In this document: positions 38,001-47,967 of the stretch, one piece after another
How positions within the stretch are numbered: the first letter of the stretch is position 1
Layout: each line of letters starts with the position of its first letter
From: Eubacteriales bacterium OttesenSCG-928-K08
GTDB taxonomy: Bacteria; Bacillota; Clostridia; Christensenellales; CAG-138
NCBI GenBank assembly: GCA_030266105.1
Contig: JAJDHH010000003.1
Span: 6,269-70,268 of the forward strand
DNA: 64,000 bases
Direction: 5' to 3'
Program-made: the position numbers and the translations under genes
Notes under the pieces: model-generated
The model's input: only the letters and a program-made list of their open reading frames with translations
Told to the model about the DNA's origin: nothing
Databases searched by the model: none

Positions 38001-38933
38001 ATGGGGATCGTAAAAGCAATCTGTTTCAGTGAAAAAAAGGGCACGGAAAAAAAGGAAATAACATCAGCGACATTTGTGGCGGATCACGGCATGCAGTCGG
38101 ATGCGCATAGCGGCAACTGGCATCGCCAGGTGAGCCTTTTAAGCGATGAAAAAGTTCAGGCGTTTCGTGCGCGGGGTGCGGATGTAGCGTACGGAGCCTT
38201 TGGCGAAAACATTGTGGTGGAGGGCATCGATTTTCGTTCACTGCCCGTTGGAACGAGATTGCAATGTGCGGATGTGCTCCTGGAAATGACCCAAATCGGA
38301 AAAGAATGCCATACGCATTGTGCCATATATAATAAAATGGGGGATTGTATCATGCCGCGCGAGGGTGTGTTTGCAAAGGTACTCAAGGGCGGCGTCATTA
38401 CGGTTGGTGAAGAAATGATCGTTGCTCCATACCCCGGCAAGCGGCCCTATCAGGCGGCTGTAATCACGCTGTCGGATAAAGGCGCAAGGGGGGAGAGGGA
38501 GGATGTCAGCGGGCCGGTCATCGCGCGGCGGCTGGGTGAGGCGGGTTATGAGGTTGTGGAAACGCTGCTCATTTCAGATGAACGTGCGGGGCTGGAAGCG
38601 CAGCTGATACGCCTGTGTGATCAGCGGCAGCTGGATTTGATAATCACTACGGGCGGCACGGGTTTTGCGCCCAGGGATATGACGCCTGAGGCTACCCTCG
38701 CTGTGGCTGATCGTTTGGCGCCCGGCATTGCAGAGGCCATACGCGCACATTCCATGAAGATTACACCCAGAGGAATGCTTTCGCGGGGTGTTAGCGCGCT
38801 GCGGGGAAAAACGCTCATTGTCAACCTGCCGGGCAGCCCCAAGGCAGTGGCGGAAAGCATGGATTGCTTTTTGGATACGCTCCCGCATGCTCTGGATTTG
38901 CTGCGTGGATCGTCAGGGGAGTGTGCGCGCTAA
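38001..38933 (+). CDS. MOSC domain fused to MogA/MoaB (molybdopterin adenylyltransferase)
   Basis: DAH.GNWHRQVSLL, GAFGEN, TQIGKECH, CIMPREG; ITLSD, TTGGTG, RD.TPEAT, NLPGSP. Confidence 0.9.
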   Translation: MGIVKAICFSEKKGTEKKEITSATFVADHGMQSDAHSGNWHRQVSLLSDEKVQAFRARGADVAYGAFGENIVVEGIDFRSLPVGTRLQCADVLLEMTQIGKECHTHCAIYNKMGDCIMPREGVFAKVLKGGVITVGEEMIVAPYPGKRPYQAAVITLSDKGARGEREDVSGPVIARRLGEAGYEVVETLLISDERAGLEAQLIRLCDQRQLDLIITTGGTGFAPRDMTPEATLAVADRLAPGIAEAIRAHSMKITPRGMLSRGVSALRGKTLIVNLPGSPKAVAESMDCFLDTLPHALDLLRGSSGECAR

Positions 38934-38947
38934 AAGCGCGCACAAAT

Positions 38948-39907
38948 TCACCCGCCTATTCTGCTCATTGTTTTATCCGGTGTGAAGCCTTCCTGGTGGA
39001 ATGCGTGCCCGGAAGGTTTTTCATAAACTGCGGTGCGGATGGTTTCAAGCAGCGTGGTGTCATCCACATCGGCAAGTGCATTTAAGAGCGAAAGCTCGCT
39101 GTTTTTTCCAAGGCAGGGGCGAAGCATGCCATCGCTCATTATGCGTATGCGGTTGCATTCCCCGCAGAATTGATGCGAAATCGGGCTGATAAAACCCACC
39201 CTGCCGACAAATCCTTCGGCACCATAGTCTGCCGAGGGCTGGCCGGGATGCCGCGGCGGCAGCGGCTTTAGCCACGGCCTTGCAGCGAGTATTTCGTCGG
39301 TAGGTATGCGCTTTTTTATATCCGAATTGTCACCCATTGGCATGAGCTCAATAAAGCGCACATCCAAAGGATGCTGTTTTGCCAAATTTATAAAATCATC
39401 TATTTCGTCGTCGTTTACGCCGCGCATCAGCACGGCGTTTAGCTTTAGTGGCAGTAACCCGCAGGCGAGCGAATCCGCTATCCCTGCAAGCACGCAGGCA
39501 AGATCGCCTCCGCCTGTCATTTGAGCATAGCGCGCGGGCTGGAGAGAGTCCAGGCTGATGTTGAGCCTGGCAAGCCCCGCCTCCTTTAGCGCCCTTGCCC
39601 TGCCGGGAAGATGGATGGCATTGGTAGTCATTGCGATTTCCGAAATACCGTCAATCGCTGCAAGGCGCGAAATGATTTCTTCCACATCATGCCGCAAGAG
39701 CGGCTCCCCGCCTGTAATGCGTATTTTATTCATACCAAGCGCTGCGCAGGCGCGCCCTATGCGGACAAAATCATCCGCGCTTAGCTCCGCCCGCTTGGGG
39801 CAAGCGCCCTCATCAGAGCGGCAGTATGTGCATTTGAGCGTGCAGCGCTCCGTTATGGATAGGCGCAGGTATTCAATGCGCCGGCCTGTTTTATCAAGCA
39901 TGTGCAC
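38948..39907 (-). CDS. moaA: GTP 3',8-cyclase
   Basis: LRLSITERCTLKCTYC, TGGEP, FCGECNRIR...PCL, C-terminal IGG. Confidence 0.96.
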   Translation of the reverse strand: MHMLDKTGRRIEYLRLSITERCTLKCTYCRSDEGACPKRAELSADDFVRIGRACAALGMNKIRITGGEPLLRHDVEEIISRLAAIDGISEIAMTTNAIHLPGRARALKEAGLARLNISLDSLQPARYAQMTGGGDLACVLAGIADSLACGLLPLKLNAVLMRGVNDDEIDDFINLAKQHPLDVRFIELMPMGDNSDIKKRIPTDEILAARPWLKPLPPRHPGQPSADYGAEGFVGRVGFISPISHQFCGECNRIRIMSDGMLRPCLGKNSELSLLNALADVDDTTLLETIRTAVYEKPSGHAFHQEGFTPDKTMSRIGG

Positions 39908-39916
39908 TAGCCTCCC

Positions 39917-40393
39917 TTATTCCTTCGTTGCAGTAAAAGTGCCGGATTTTCCGCCGCTCTTTTTTAGCAGGCGGATTTGTTCAATGCACATACCCCTATC
40001 GACTGCCTTGCACATATCGTATATTGTCAGCGCAGCGGTGGAGGCCGCTGTGAGCGCTTCCATTTCGGCGCCTGTTTTGCCGCTTGTGTAAATGCTGGAG
40101 GTGATCAACAGGCTGTCATCGCCTGATTGTGCGATTTCGACATCTACGCCTTCCAACAGAATTTGATGGCACAGCGGAATGAGCGCTGGTGTGTTTTTTG
40201 CCGCCATTATGCCTGCTATTCTGGCGGTTGCAAGCACATCCCCCTTTGGCAGAGCGCCTGCAAGTATGAGCGATAGCGTTTCCGGCTGCATATGTATGAG
40301 CGCCTGCGCAACTGCTTCTCTTTGTGTGATGCTTTTTTCACCAACATTGACCATGTGGGCCTCGCCTTTTGTGTTCAAATGTGTTAATTCCAT
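39917..40393 (-). CDS. moaC: Cyclic pyranopterin monophosphate synthase
   Basis: LTH...MVNV, LIPLCH, GAEMEAL, YDMCKA, KSGGKSG. Confidence 0.96.
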   Translation of the reverse strand: MELTHLNTKGEAHMVNVGEKSITQREAVAQALIHMQPETLSLILAGALPKGDVLATARIAGIMAAKNTPALIPLCHQILLEGVDVEIAQSGDDSLLITSSIYTSGKTGAEMEALTAASTAALTIYDMCKAVDRGMCIEQIRLLKKSGGKSGTFTATKE

Positions 40394-40479
40394 AATTGCT
40401 TCCTCAATAATGTTCTAAATAATCAATGGTTAAACGATAGCAGGCAAACCTGCGAAAAGTTATTTTTTTAAGCAAACGG

Positions 40480-42378
40480 TCACCTGAAGCTTCCGGGGTT
40501 GGCCGCTTCATAACCGCCCATCTCGCGGATGCGCTGTGAGAAGGCCTCGCTCTTGAGCGTTTCGAGCATACGCTGCACAGCGGGCAGTTTAAGCGCGTCA
40601 TCCGAAACAAGAAAATCGTATTGCTCCATGCAAACTGGTATAAAATCCAGCCCGTAAATCTGCGCGGCGGAGTAAATGCCAAGGCCTGCATCTGCGCTGG
40701 ATGCTTTAATCAGCGTGGCAACTGCGTTGTGGGTGAGCTCCTCGCGATCATAGCCGTATATGGTGCTCGTATCGATATTGTCCCGCTTGCATAAATAATC
40801 GCAGAGTATGCGTGTCCCCGAGCCTTTTTGGCGGTTCACATATCGCATGCCGGGCTGCGCGAGATCCGCAAGTTTTTTAATGCCGTGTGGGTTTCCCTTT
40901 TGCACGATCAATCCCTGCTGCCGCTGCACGCATGAAATGAGAGTGACGCCACCATCAGGAAAATACTTTTGAATGTAAGCTTCATTGTAGCCGCCCGTTT
41001 CCTCATCCAGCAAATGCACGCCCGCAACATGCGCTTCGCCCCGCTTGATGGCGAATATGCCACCCATGCTGCCCACATGGCTGGATGCTACGGCCGCTTC
41101 CGGCCAGCTGCGCCGCATGAGCTCGGCAATTTCATCGATTAGCGGATCGTGGCTGCCGGTGATCACCAGCGCATTTTCAATTTCTTCGATTGTGCGAAGC
41201 AACCGCACCCGCACAGTGCTGCCCGCCGGGTAACCTTCAACATTTTGTGGCACTTCCATAATTCCATCCGCCTTGGCAAAGGAGGATACAACACCCGCGC
41301 CACGTTGCAAAGGCGATGCAATTAACCTGCCCTGCACGCGACCCATACGAACGCGAACGAATTCACTGTATTTTAGCGATGAATTGAAGTTGCGCGATAG
41401 CGAAGCCTCAACATGTGTTGCCTTTGGCATTGGGCGTGCGCACATGCGGTTGAGTATTGGCTGCAGCAGATATTCAAGCACCAGTATCGCGGAGACAGGA
41501 TATCCCGGCACGCCCAGTATGGGCTTGCTGTTGACATAACCAAGTATGGCGGGTTTTCCCGGGCGAATGGCTATGCCGTGGTAGAGCACCTGCCCAACAT
41601 TGCGTATGGCCTGTGCGGCAAAATCTCCACGCCCGGCGGAGGAACCCGCGTTGAGCACAACAGCGTCGCATTCCTCCAACGCTTTGAGCACCGCGGCCTC
41701 GATTAAACTTAGCTCATCCTTGACAATCGGGTATACTTTAGCTTGAACGCCCCATTCTTCAAGCATGCCAGTAAATATAGTGGAATTAAATTCAATGATT
41801 TCACCGCTTTTCGGCTCATCTGTGGGCAGCACGATTTCATCCCCGGTGGGTATTATGCCAACAACGGGCTTTTTGACGACCTCCACGGATAATATGCCGC
41901 TTGCGAGCATTGCGCCGGTGGCGGCGGGGGAGATAACTGTAAAGCTTGGAAGTATCATCTCTCCTGCACAAATATCCTCGCCGATTTGCCGCACATGCTG
42001 CCAGGGTGTGGCGGGCGCGTGCAGCAGCACGCCACCTTCCGTTTGCACAACATCTTCGATCATAACGACAGCGTCGCATTCATCCGGCAGCGGGTCGCCA
42101 GTGTCAATGGGAACAAACTGCGCATCAGTCAGCAGCACGGGCGTGGTTTCCGTGGCGCCAAATGTCACGGCGGCATATAGCGCTATCCCATCCATAGCGC
42201 AGGCATGATAATGCGGCGCGCAGATGTTTGCATAAACCGGTGCGGCAGTAATCCGGCCGGCAGAAAGCGGAACGGGAACATGCTCGCTCTGGTGGGTTAG
42301 ACCATTTTTCTCCAACACATTGAGATAGTCCTCCACCGCTTGCTCCAATGGAACATTTGTTAGATATTGAAATGCCAT
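40480..42378 (-). CDS. moeA: MoeA fused to a C-terminal PBP/LysR-type substrate-binding domain
   Basis: AMDG, IPTGDE, RPGKP, PGYP; then GSHD, GSMGG, NRQKGSGTR. Confidence 0.92.
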   Translation of the reverse strand: MAFQYLTNVPLEQAVEDYLNVLEKNGLTHQSEHVPVPLSAGRITAAPVYANICAPHYHACAMDGIALYAAVTFGATETTPVLLTDAQFVPIDTGDPLPDECDAVVMIEDVVQTEGGVLLHAPATPWQHVRQIGEDICAGEMILPSFTVISPAATGAMLASGILSVEVVKKPVVGIIPTGDEIVLPTDEPKSGEIIEFNSTIFTGMLEEWGVQAKVYPIVKDELSLIEAAVLKALEECDAVVLNAGSSAGRGDFAAQAIRNVGQVLYHGIAIRPGKPAILGYVNSKPILGVPGYPVSAILVLEYLLQPILNRMCARPMPKATHVEASLSRNFNSSLKYSEFVRVRMGRVQGRLIASPLQRGAGVVSSFAKADGIMEVPQNVEGYPAGSTVRVRLLRTIEEIENALVITGSHDPLIDEIAELMRRSWPEAAVASSHVGSMGGIFAIKRGEAHVAGVHLLDEETGGYNEAYIQKYFPDGGVTLISCVQRQQGLIVQKGNPHGIKKLADLAQPGMRYVNRQKGSGTRILCDYLCKRDNIDTSTIYGYDREELTHNAVATLIKASSADAGLGIYSAAQIYGLDFIPVCMEQYDFLVSDDALKLPAVQRMLETLKSEAFSQRIREMGGYEAANPGSFR

Positions 42379-42409
42379 AAAAAACCTCCTGTTTAGGCAA
42401 CGCCCGCAA

Positions 42410-43636
42410 TTAGGAATTTGTGAATGGTATGATTTCGACTTGTGCGCCCTTTGGGAGTCCTTCCTGGTTTCGGGGGACGCGCAAGTAACCATCCGCCTGG
42501 GATAATAAAGTGATCAGGCCGGATTTTCCCATTATTGGCGTTGCGATAAGGCCATCCTCGCTTTGCTTAAGCTGCACCGCGACACATTCCTCGCGCCCGT
42601 GGTTGGAGGGAATAGCCTGATTAAGCATTGCCTTAAATGTAGGCTCCGGACGCTCCTTGATGCCCATAAGGCTGTCGATCAGCGGCGCGACAAATATGCG
42701 GAATATAAAATACGCTGCTGCGGGGTGCCCAGGCATGCCAAATATCGGTTTGCCGGATATTTCGCCCAATATGGTGGGTTTGCCGGGTTTGATGGCGATG
42801 CCGTGCATATGCAGCTTGCCAAGCTCCTCTATAACGCGTGGCGTTGCATCCTTTGCGCCTACGGATGTTCCACCCGAAAGCAGCACAATGTCGCACTCAT
42901 CCGCCATTTTTTTGAGGGTATCAGTCAGCCTTTTGGGATCATCCGGGCAAATGCCATAAAAAGCCGCTTTGCCGCCCGCCTGCTGCGCGGATGCGCAGAG
43001 CAAAGGGCCGTTAACATCGCGGATTTGTCCGGCAGTGGGGGTTTGATCAGGCGTGATTACCTCATCGCCTGTGGAAAGCACGCCCACCAAGGGTTGCTTT
43101 GCGACCATAACATTCGGTATGCCCATTGCGGCCAGCGCACCAATATCATGCGCGCGCAAACGGCAGCCCGCCTCCAGCACAAGCTGGCCCGCCTGCACAT
43201 CGTCACCCCGGAATATGCAATGCGCACCGGGCGCTGTGGGCTTGAGCATGCCAATTGTGCCTGCATCATACGCCTCGGTGTGCTCAATCATAACCATGGC
43301 GTCGGAGCCCACCGGCAGCTCGCCGCCGGTGGGGACATAGGCGCATTGCCCCGCCTGTATTGAAAATGGCGCGGGCGCTCCCATTTCAACCTCGCCAATC
43401 AGATTAAGAAGCGCGGGAATGGAATCCGAGCAGCCAAATGTATCCTTCGCCTGCACGGCATAACCATCCACGGATGAACGCGTAAAGCCGGGCACATCCT
43501 CCGTGGCATAAATATCGCGGCGCAACACATGCCCCAGCGCCTGTGATGCGGGGATTTCTATCTCGGGCGTCCGGGCATGCCCAAACACATCCTTAAGCAG
43601 CTGCTCCGCCTGTGCACTGGACGCTACATGCAACAT
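42410..43636 (-). CDS. moeA: Molybdopterin molybdo/tungstotransferase MoeA
   Basis: PGFTRSSVDGYA, PTGG, STGDE, SGGTS, KPGKP, PGHP. Confidence 0.94.
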   Translation of the reverse strand: MLHVASSAQAEQLLKDVFGHARTPEIEIPASQALGHVLRRDIYATEDVPGFTRSSVDGYAVQAKDTFGCSDSIPALLNLIGEVEMGAPAPFSIQAGQCAYVPTGGELPVGSDAMVMIEHTEAYDAGTIGMLKPTAPGAHCIFRGDDVQAGQLVLEAGCRLRAHDIGALAAMGIPNVMVAKQPLVGVLSTGDEVITPDQTPTAGQIRDVNGPLLCASAQQAGGKAAFYGICPDDPKRLTDTLKKMADECDIVLLSGGTSVGAKDATPRVIEELGKLHMHGIAIKPGKPTILGEISGKPIFGMPGHPAAAYFIFRIFVAPLIDSLMGIKERPEPTFKAMLNQAIPSNHGREECVAVQLKQSEDGLIATPIMGKSGLITLLSQADGYLRVPRNQEGLPKGAQVEIIPFTNS

Positions 43637-43663
43637 AGTCAGTCCTCCGTTTTATTATTATTG

Positions 43664-44365
43664 TTAGTTGCTGGTTATAGGTTTTTCCAGCTGCCAAAAA
43701 TTTAAAAATGCGCGCGCCTGTTCATTTTCCGATTGATAGAGAACCTCCGCTGTGGGGCCAAACTCAAGTATGCGCCCATGATCCAGCAATATAATTTCAT
43801 CCGCCAGCCGTTCGGCCTGCGCAAGCGCATGCGTTGCGAAAAGCAGCGTGCAGCCGGTTTTTTTATAGTAGCGCAACAGCGCCTCTTCAACAAGTTGTGT
43901 TCCTGCAATATCGGTCGCTGAGGTAGGCTCATCCAGCAGCAGCAGGGATCGTTCCTGCACGAGCATCCGCGCAAATGCCATGCGCTGCGCTTCGCCGCCG
44001 GAAAGTGTGCCGCCACGCGCGTGTAAAAGGCTGGCCATGCCCACCTCGTCGAGCGCGCGTTTTGCGCGCTCATCCGCTGAGCTTTGATTTTTTGAGAGCG
44101 CAATACATACGTTTTTTAGCACACTAAAACCATATGCGTAGGGCTTTTGCGGCAGATAACCAACGGATTGCCTACACACATCGGGTATGTGAATGCTGCC
44201 CTCATCCGGCAGCAATGTGCCCGCCAGCAGCCGCAAAAGAGTGCTTTTGCCGGAGCCGTTGGGGCCGATCAATGCGTATCGCCTGCCGGGGGTCAACTGC
44301 AATTGCGGGATATCCAGCACGCAACGGGAGGCATAGTTTTTTTTGACATTTTCAAGCCTTACCAT
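43664..44365 (-). CDS. tupC: Tungstate ABC transporter ATPase
   Basis: GPNGSGKS, LSGGEAQR, LLDEPT; follows tupB. Confidence 0.85.
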   Translation of the reverse strand: MVRLENVKKNYASRCVLDIPQLQLTPGRRYALIGPNGSGKSTLLRLLAGTLLPDEGSIHIPDVCRQSVGYLPQKPYAYGFSVLKNVCIALSKNQSSADERAKRALDEVGMASLLHARGGTLSGGEAQRMAFARMLVQERSLLLLDEPTSATDIAGTQLVEEALLRYYKKTGCTLLFATHALAQAERLADEIILLDHGRILEFGPTAEVLYQSENEQARAFLNFWQLEKPITSN

Positions 44366-45041
44366 ATAGCCCCTCCTGCAAGCGCTGTGCCACGGAGGTG
44401 ACCACAAATGCGATGATTAGCAATATCACACCCAAAGCAACAGCCAGGCCAAAATTGCCCTTATTGGTCTCCAGCACAATTGCGGTGGTCATCACGCGGG
44501 TTTTGTATTGCACATTGCCGCCCACAAGCTGCGCTGCGCCCACCTCGGAGATTGCACGCCCAAACCCCGTGAACAATACGGAAAAGAGCTGGCGCCTGCA
44601 TTCGTAGAGCGTATATAAAAGCTGCCTGCCTTTTGAAAGGCCCATGCCCAGCGCTGTTTCGCGCATCAATGGCGCCTGCGCGCTGACGATTGAGCTTGAA
44701 AGGCCAACAGCAATGGGCGTGATTAAGAGCACCTGCGCCACCACCATAGCGGTTACGCTGTATAGCAACCTGTATTGCCCTAACGGGCCTGAACGTGAGA
44801 GCAGAAAAAACACAAGCAGACCCGCAACCACAGGCGGCAGGCCCATCAATGTGTGCGTAAAGCGCAAAATGAGGCGTTTCCCGCGAAATTGGCGCATGCC
44901 TATGAATACCCCCAGCGGAATGCCTATGCAGGTTGAAATGATTGTGCTCGTAAAGCTCATCTGCAAAGTTACGCCAATTATCTGGCGCAGCTCGCCATTT
45001 TCACCAAACAGCAGCAAAAAAGCTTCGCGAATGACTTCCAT
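44352..45041 (-). CDS. tupB: Tungstate ABC transporter permease
   Basis: MGLPPVVAGL, SRSGPLG, FGRAISEVGA, VGGN...TRVMTTAI. Confidence 0.92.
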   Translation of the reverse strand: MEVIREAFLLLFGENGELRQIIGVTLQMSFTSTIISTCIGIPLGVFIGMRQFRGKRLILRFTHTLMGLPPVVAGLLVFFLLSRSGPLGQYRLLYSVTAMVVAQVLLITPIAVGLSSSIVSAQAPLMRETALGMGLSKGRQLLYTLYECRRQLFSVLFTGFGRAISEVGAAQLVGGNVQYKTRVMTTAIVLETNKGNFGLAVALGVILLIIAFVVTSVAQRLQEGLYGKA

Positions 45042-45049
45042 AACGCCTC

Positions 45050-45850
45050 CTACAGGCTTTTTGAATGTGCGCCTGTTCGTTTATTTACTAGCTGCAAAAT
45101 TTCCGCCATTATTGAAATGGCGATTTCCCCGGGCGTTTCCCCGCCAAGGTCAAGCCCTGCGGGTGTGTATACTTCGTTGAGCTGAGATTGTGATATGCCG
45201 CGCTCAAGCAGCTTTTTGAAAAGAGCTTCACGCTTTTTAACGCTACCTACCATGCCGATATATGCTGCTTGCTTTTGGAGCGCGGCATATAAGCATTCGC
45301 CATCATGCGCGTGGCCATATGTCGAAATCAGAAAGCAGGCGCCGGGCGCGATCATCAACTCGAAAATACCCTGCTCAAATTCATCCACGCGCACAAAACG
45401 ATCCGCAAGCCGCACCGCCTCGGGAATGTGCTCTGGTGAACGCGTATCCACAAGCGTTACGGCATAGCCCGCAGCCTGCGCCAGCGGGATAAGCGCCGTG
45501 CCAACATGGCCGCCACCACACAAATATAGCGCGGGGCGTGCATTGAATGTTTCTATGAATACCTGCATGCTGCCGCTGCATGCAGTATCTTCTCCGGCGC
45601 ATTCATCCACATTCTTGTAATGAAAGCAACCGTTTTTAGTTTCGTTAATGCAATGAATGGCATCCGATATGGCAGCGCGTTCAATCACCCCGCCGCCGAT
45701 CGTGCCTGAGGTTGTTTTATCCGCATATATGAGCATTTTTCCATGCCTGCGGGAAACGGAGCCCTCCGTATCGATAATTGTTGCCATGGCGCAGGCCTTG
45801 TTCTGCTGCAGCGCCAACAGCAATTTTTCCAGCAACTGCATTTTGCTCAT
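45050..45850 (-). CDS. XdhC/CoxI family cofactor-insertion chaperone
   Basis: GS..R..KM, GTIGGG, C.G, GGGHVG, YIGMVGS, P.GLDLGGETP.EIA.SI.AEI. Confidence 0.9.
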   Translation of the reverse strand: MSKMQLLEKLLLALQQNKACAMATIIDTEGSVSRRHGKMLIYADKTTSGTIGGGVIERAAISDAIHCINETKNGCFHYKNVDECAGEDTACSGSMQVFIETFNARPALYLCGGGHVGTALIPLAQAAGYAVTLVDTRSPEHIPEAVRLADRFVRVDEFEQGIFELMIAPGACFLISTYGHAHDGECLYAALQKQAAYIGMVGSVKKREALFKKLLERGISQSQLNEVYTPAGLDLGGETPGEIAISIMAEILQLVNKRTGAHSKSL

Positions 45851-47190
45851 GCTATTATTTCCTCCTTGATTGGTTTAGGGTGCAACTTTCGCCACAGCCG
45901 TATTCCGGTAAACAAGGCTGCGGCAAGGTTGCCCAGGAAAAAAGCCCCCCATACGCCAGCGGCGCCCAGATTGCAGGCGATTGCGAGCGCTGCGCCGGGC
46001 AGCGTCACACCCCAGGCGCGCAATATGGTGGACCACAGCATGGGCGTGCTTGTGCCCATGCCGCTTAATATGGATGCAAAGGCCATATCCGCCGCAATTA
46101 GCGGGTAGGATGCGCCGAATATTCGAAAATACAACACGCCTGCCTGTTGCAATGCAACATCCGGCGTTAAAATCGCCCAAAGTCGGGGCGCAAAAACGGC
46201 CGCAGGCAAAAACAGCGCCACAGTGGGCAGCACTGCCCACAGCACAAGCCGGCCTGATAAACGCCGGATAAAAGCGGGATCGCTGCTCGCTTTTAAGCGG
46301 CTAATGAGTGTAAGTGCAACGGGGGATATTCCCACAGCGCTGATGTAGAAAAACATTTCCATGCGCCCCCCAAGCCCCTTCGCGGAAACAGCAGCTGCGC
46401 CCAGCGACAATAAAAGCCCGTTTAAAACCAGCTGAGCGACGGGGTTGACCGCCTTGCTCAGCGATGCCGGTATGCACAGGCGCATGATCTCTTTGAGCAG
46501 GCCCTTTTCGCGGGCAGTGTTTTTTTGAACGCCGAACGATTTTAACGCCCGAACATATAGCACAATGCCAAGCCCGCAGCCTGCGGCCTTTGCAAGCAAC
46601 ATGCCAAGCCCCAGCCCGATAAGGCCAATTTGATTATACAGCACATAGCTCAATGTTAGCTGCAAAGGTACGTTTACCAATGTCATCCACATGCCCGCCT
46701 TAGTGTGACCCATGCCGCGTATGCCCGCGACTATTGCGCCATACAGAAGAAATACTGGGCTGCCAAGCAGCGTGGGCAACAGGTAGGATACCGCAGCGGG
46801 ATATAAGCCGGAGGCTTCCGGCGACTGAAACGAAACCGGAAGCAGCAAATATATGATGCAGGACATCAGCGCGCCACAGGCAAAAATAAGCATTAGCATC
46901 ATATTTGTGGCAGCCCGCCCGGTGCGTGGCCATTCGTTTTTTCCAACAAGTGCGCCAATAGTCGCGTTGATGCCGATCGAAAGCCCATAACCCACCGTCA
47001 CAATAAGCGAGCTATAAGGCGAGCAAAGGCTGACGATAAGAAGCTCAGAGGAGCTGTTGACGCTGACGAGCACACCCTCGTACATGCCCGCAATCCGTTC
47101 GATGACGGAAAGCAGCAGCACCGGCCATATTAACTTCCATATGGCGCGGTTGGCGTTTTCACCATCGATTTTAAGCACGGCGCTGCTCAT
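45847..47190 (-). CDS. MATE family transporter (divergent)
   Basis: About 12 TM; IWKLIWP, RGMGHTK..M, LGAAGVW; ATGA overlaps at both ends. Confidence 0.75.
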   Translation of the reverse strand: MSSAVLKIDGENANRAIWKLIWPVLLLSVIERIAGMYEGVLVSVNSSSELLIVSLCSPYSSLIVTVGYGLSIGINATIGALVGKNEWPRTGRAATNMMLMLIFACGALMSCIIYLLLPVSFQSPEASGLYPAAVSYLLPTLLGSPVFLLYGAIVAGIRGMGHTKAGMWMTLVNVPLQLTLSYVLYNQIGLIGLGLGMLLAKAAGCGLGIVLYVRALKSFGVQKNTAREKGLLKEIMRLCIPASLSKAVNPVAQLVLNGLLLSLGAAAVSAKGLGGRMEMFFYISAVGISPVALTLISRLKASSDPAFIRRLSGRLVLWAVLPTVALFLPAAVFAPRLWAILTPDVALQQAGVLYFRIFGASYPLIAADMAFASILSGMGTSTPMLWSTILRAWGVTLPGAALAIACNLGAAGVWGAFFLGNLAAALFTGIRLWRKLHPKPIKEEIIA

Positions 47191-47963
47191 ATTCTGGGCG
47201 GAATGCACACATCCCTATCCACCTCAGGGATGTTGCACACATGCAGTTCAACGCCATAAAGCCCACGCAAAAACCCTTTGTTTAATATGGCGTTTGTTTT
47301 GCTATAATGAAAATCGCAGTTTTTGCCCATAACAGCAACAGCCGCATCAAGCGAAAGCGCATGATCCGGGTTATGAGTAGTAAACACAACACCATAACCG
47401 TTTTGCGCCATTGACTGTATGATCTGCAATACGCGAATCTGATTGCCATAATCAAGGTGAGCGGTGGGTTCATCCATCAATATTATAGCGGGCTGCTGCG
47501 CAATCGCGCGCGCAATGCTGGCCTGCTGGCGCTCCCCGCCGCTGATTTCGTTGTAATACTTTTGGGCAAGGTGCGAGATGCCTATGAGTTCAAGCGCGTT
47601 TGCGGCAATTTCATAATGCTCCTGCTTGGGGCGCTGAAACATTCCAAGCCGCGGTGCACAGCCGGTCACGACATAATCAATCACGGAGTAGGCAAACGTG
47701 GGCACTATTAGCTGCGGCACAAATCCAATGGCCTGCGCCACCTCTTTTGGGGGGATTTGCCGCATATCTTTTTTATCGATACAAACGCGTCCCGAGGTTG
47801 GGAGCTGTAAATTTGCGATGCAGTTTAGCAAAGTGGTTTTTCCCGCGCCGTTTGGCCCCAATATGGCGATCACATGCCCCGGTTCGATGGAAAAGGAAAT
47901 ATCCCGGCATATCATTGGGCCGCCCAGGTAGGAAAAGCTCAGGTTTTCAATCGTAATTTTCAT
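47187..47963 (-). CDS. Type-II ABC importer ATPase (FecE/BtuD/MolC-like)
   Basis: GPNGAGKT, ISGGERQ, DEPTAHLDYGNQ, TTHNPDHA. Confidence 0.9.
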   Translation of the reverse strand: MKITIENLSFSYLGGPMICRDISFSIEPGHVIAILGPNGAGKTTLLNCIANLQLPTSGRVCIDKKDMRQIPPKEVAQAIGFVPQLIVPTFAYSVIDYVVTGCAPRLGMFQRPKQEHYEIAANALELIGISHLAQKYYNEISGGERQQASIARAIAQQPAIILMDEPTAHLDYGNQIRVLQIIQSMAQNGYGVVFTTHNPDHALSLDAAVAVMGKNCDFHYSKTNAILNKGFLRGLYGVELHVCNIPEVDRDVCIPPRI

Positions 47964-47967
47964 GGCG

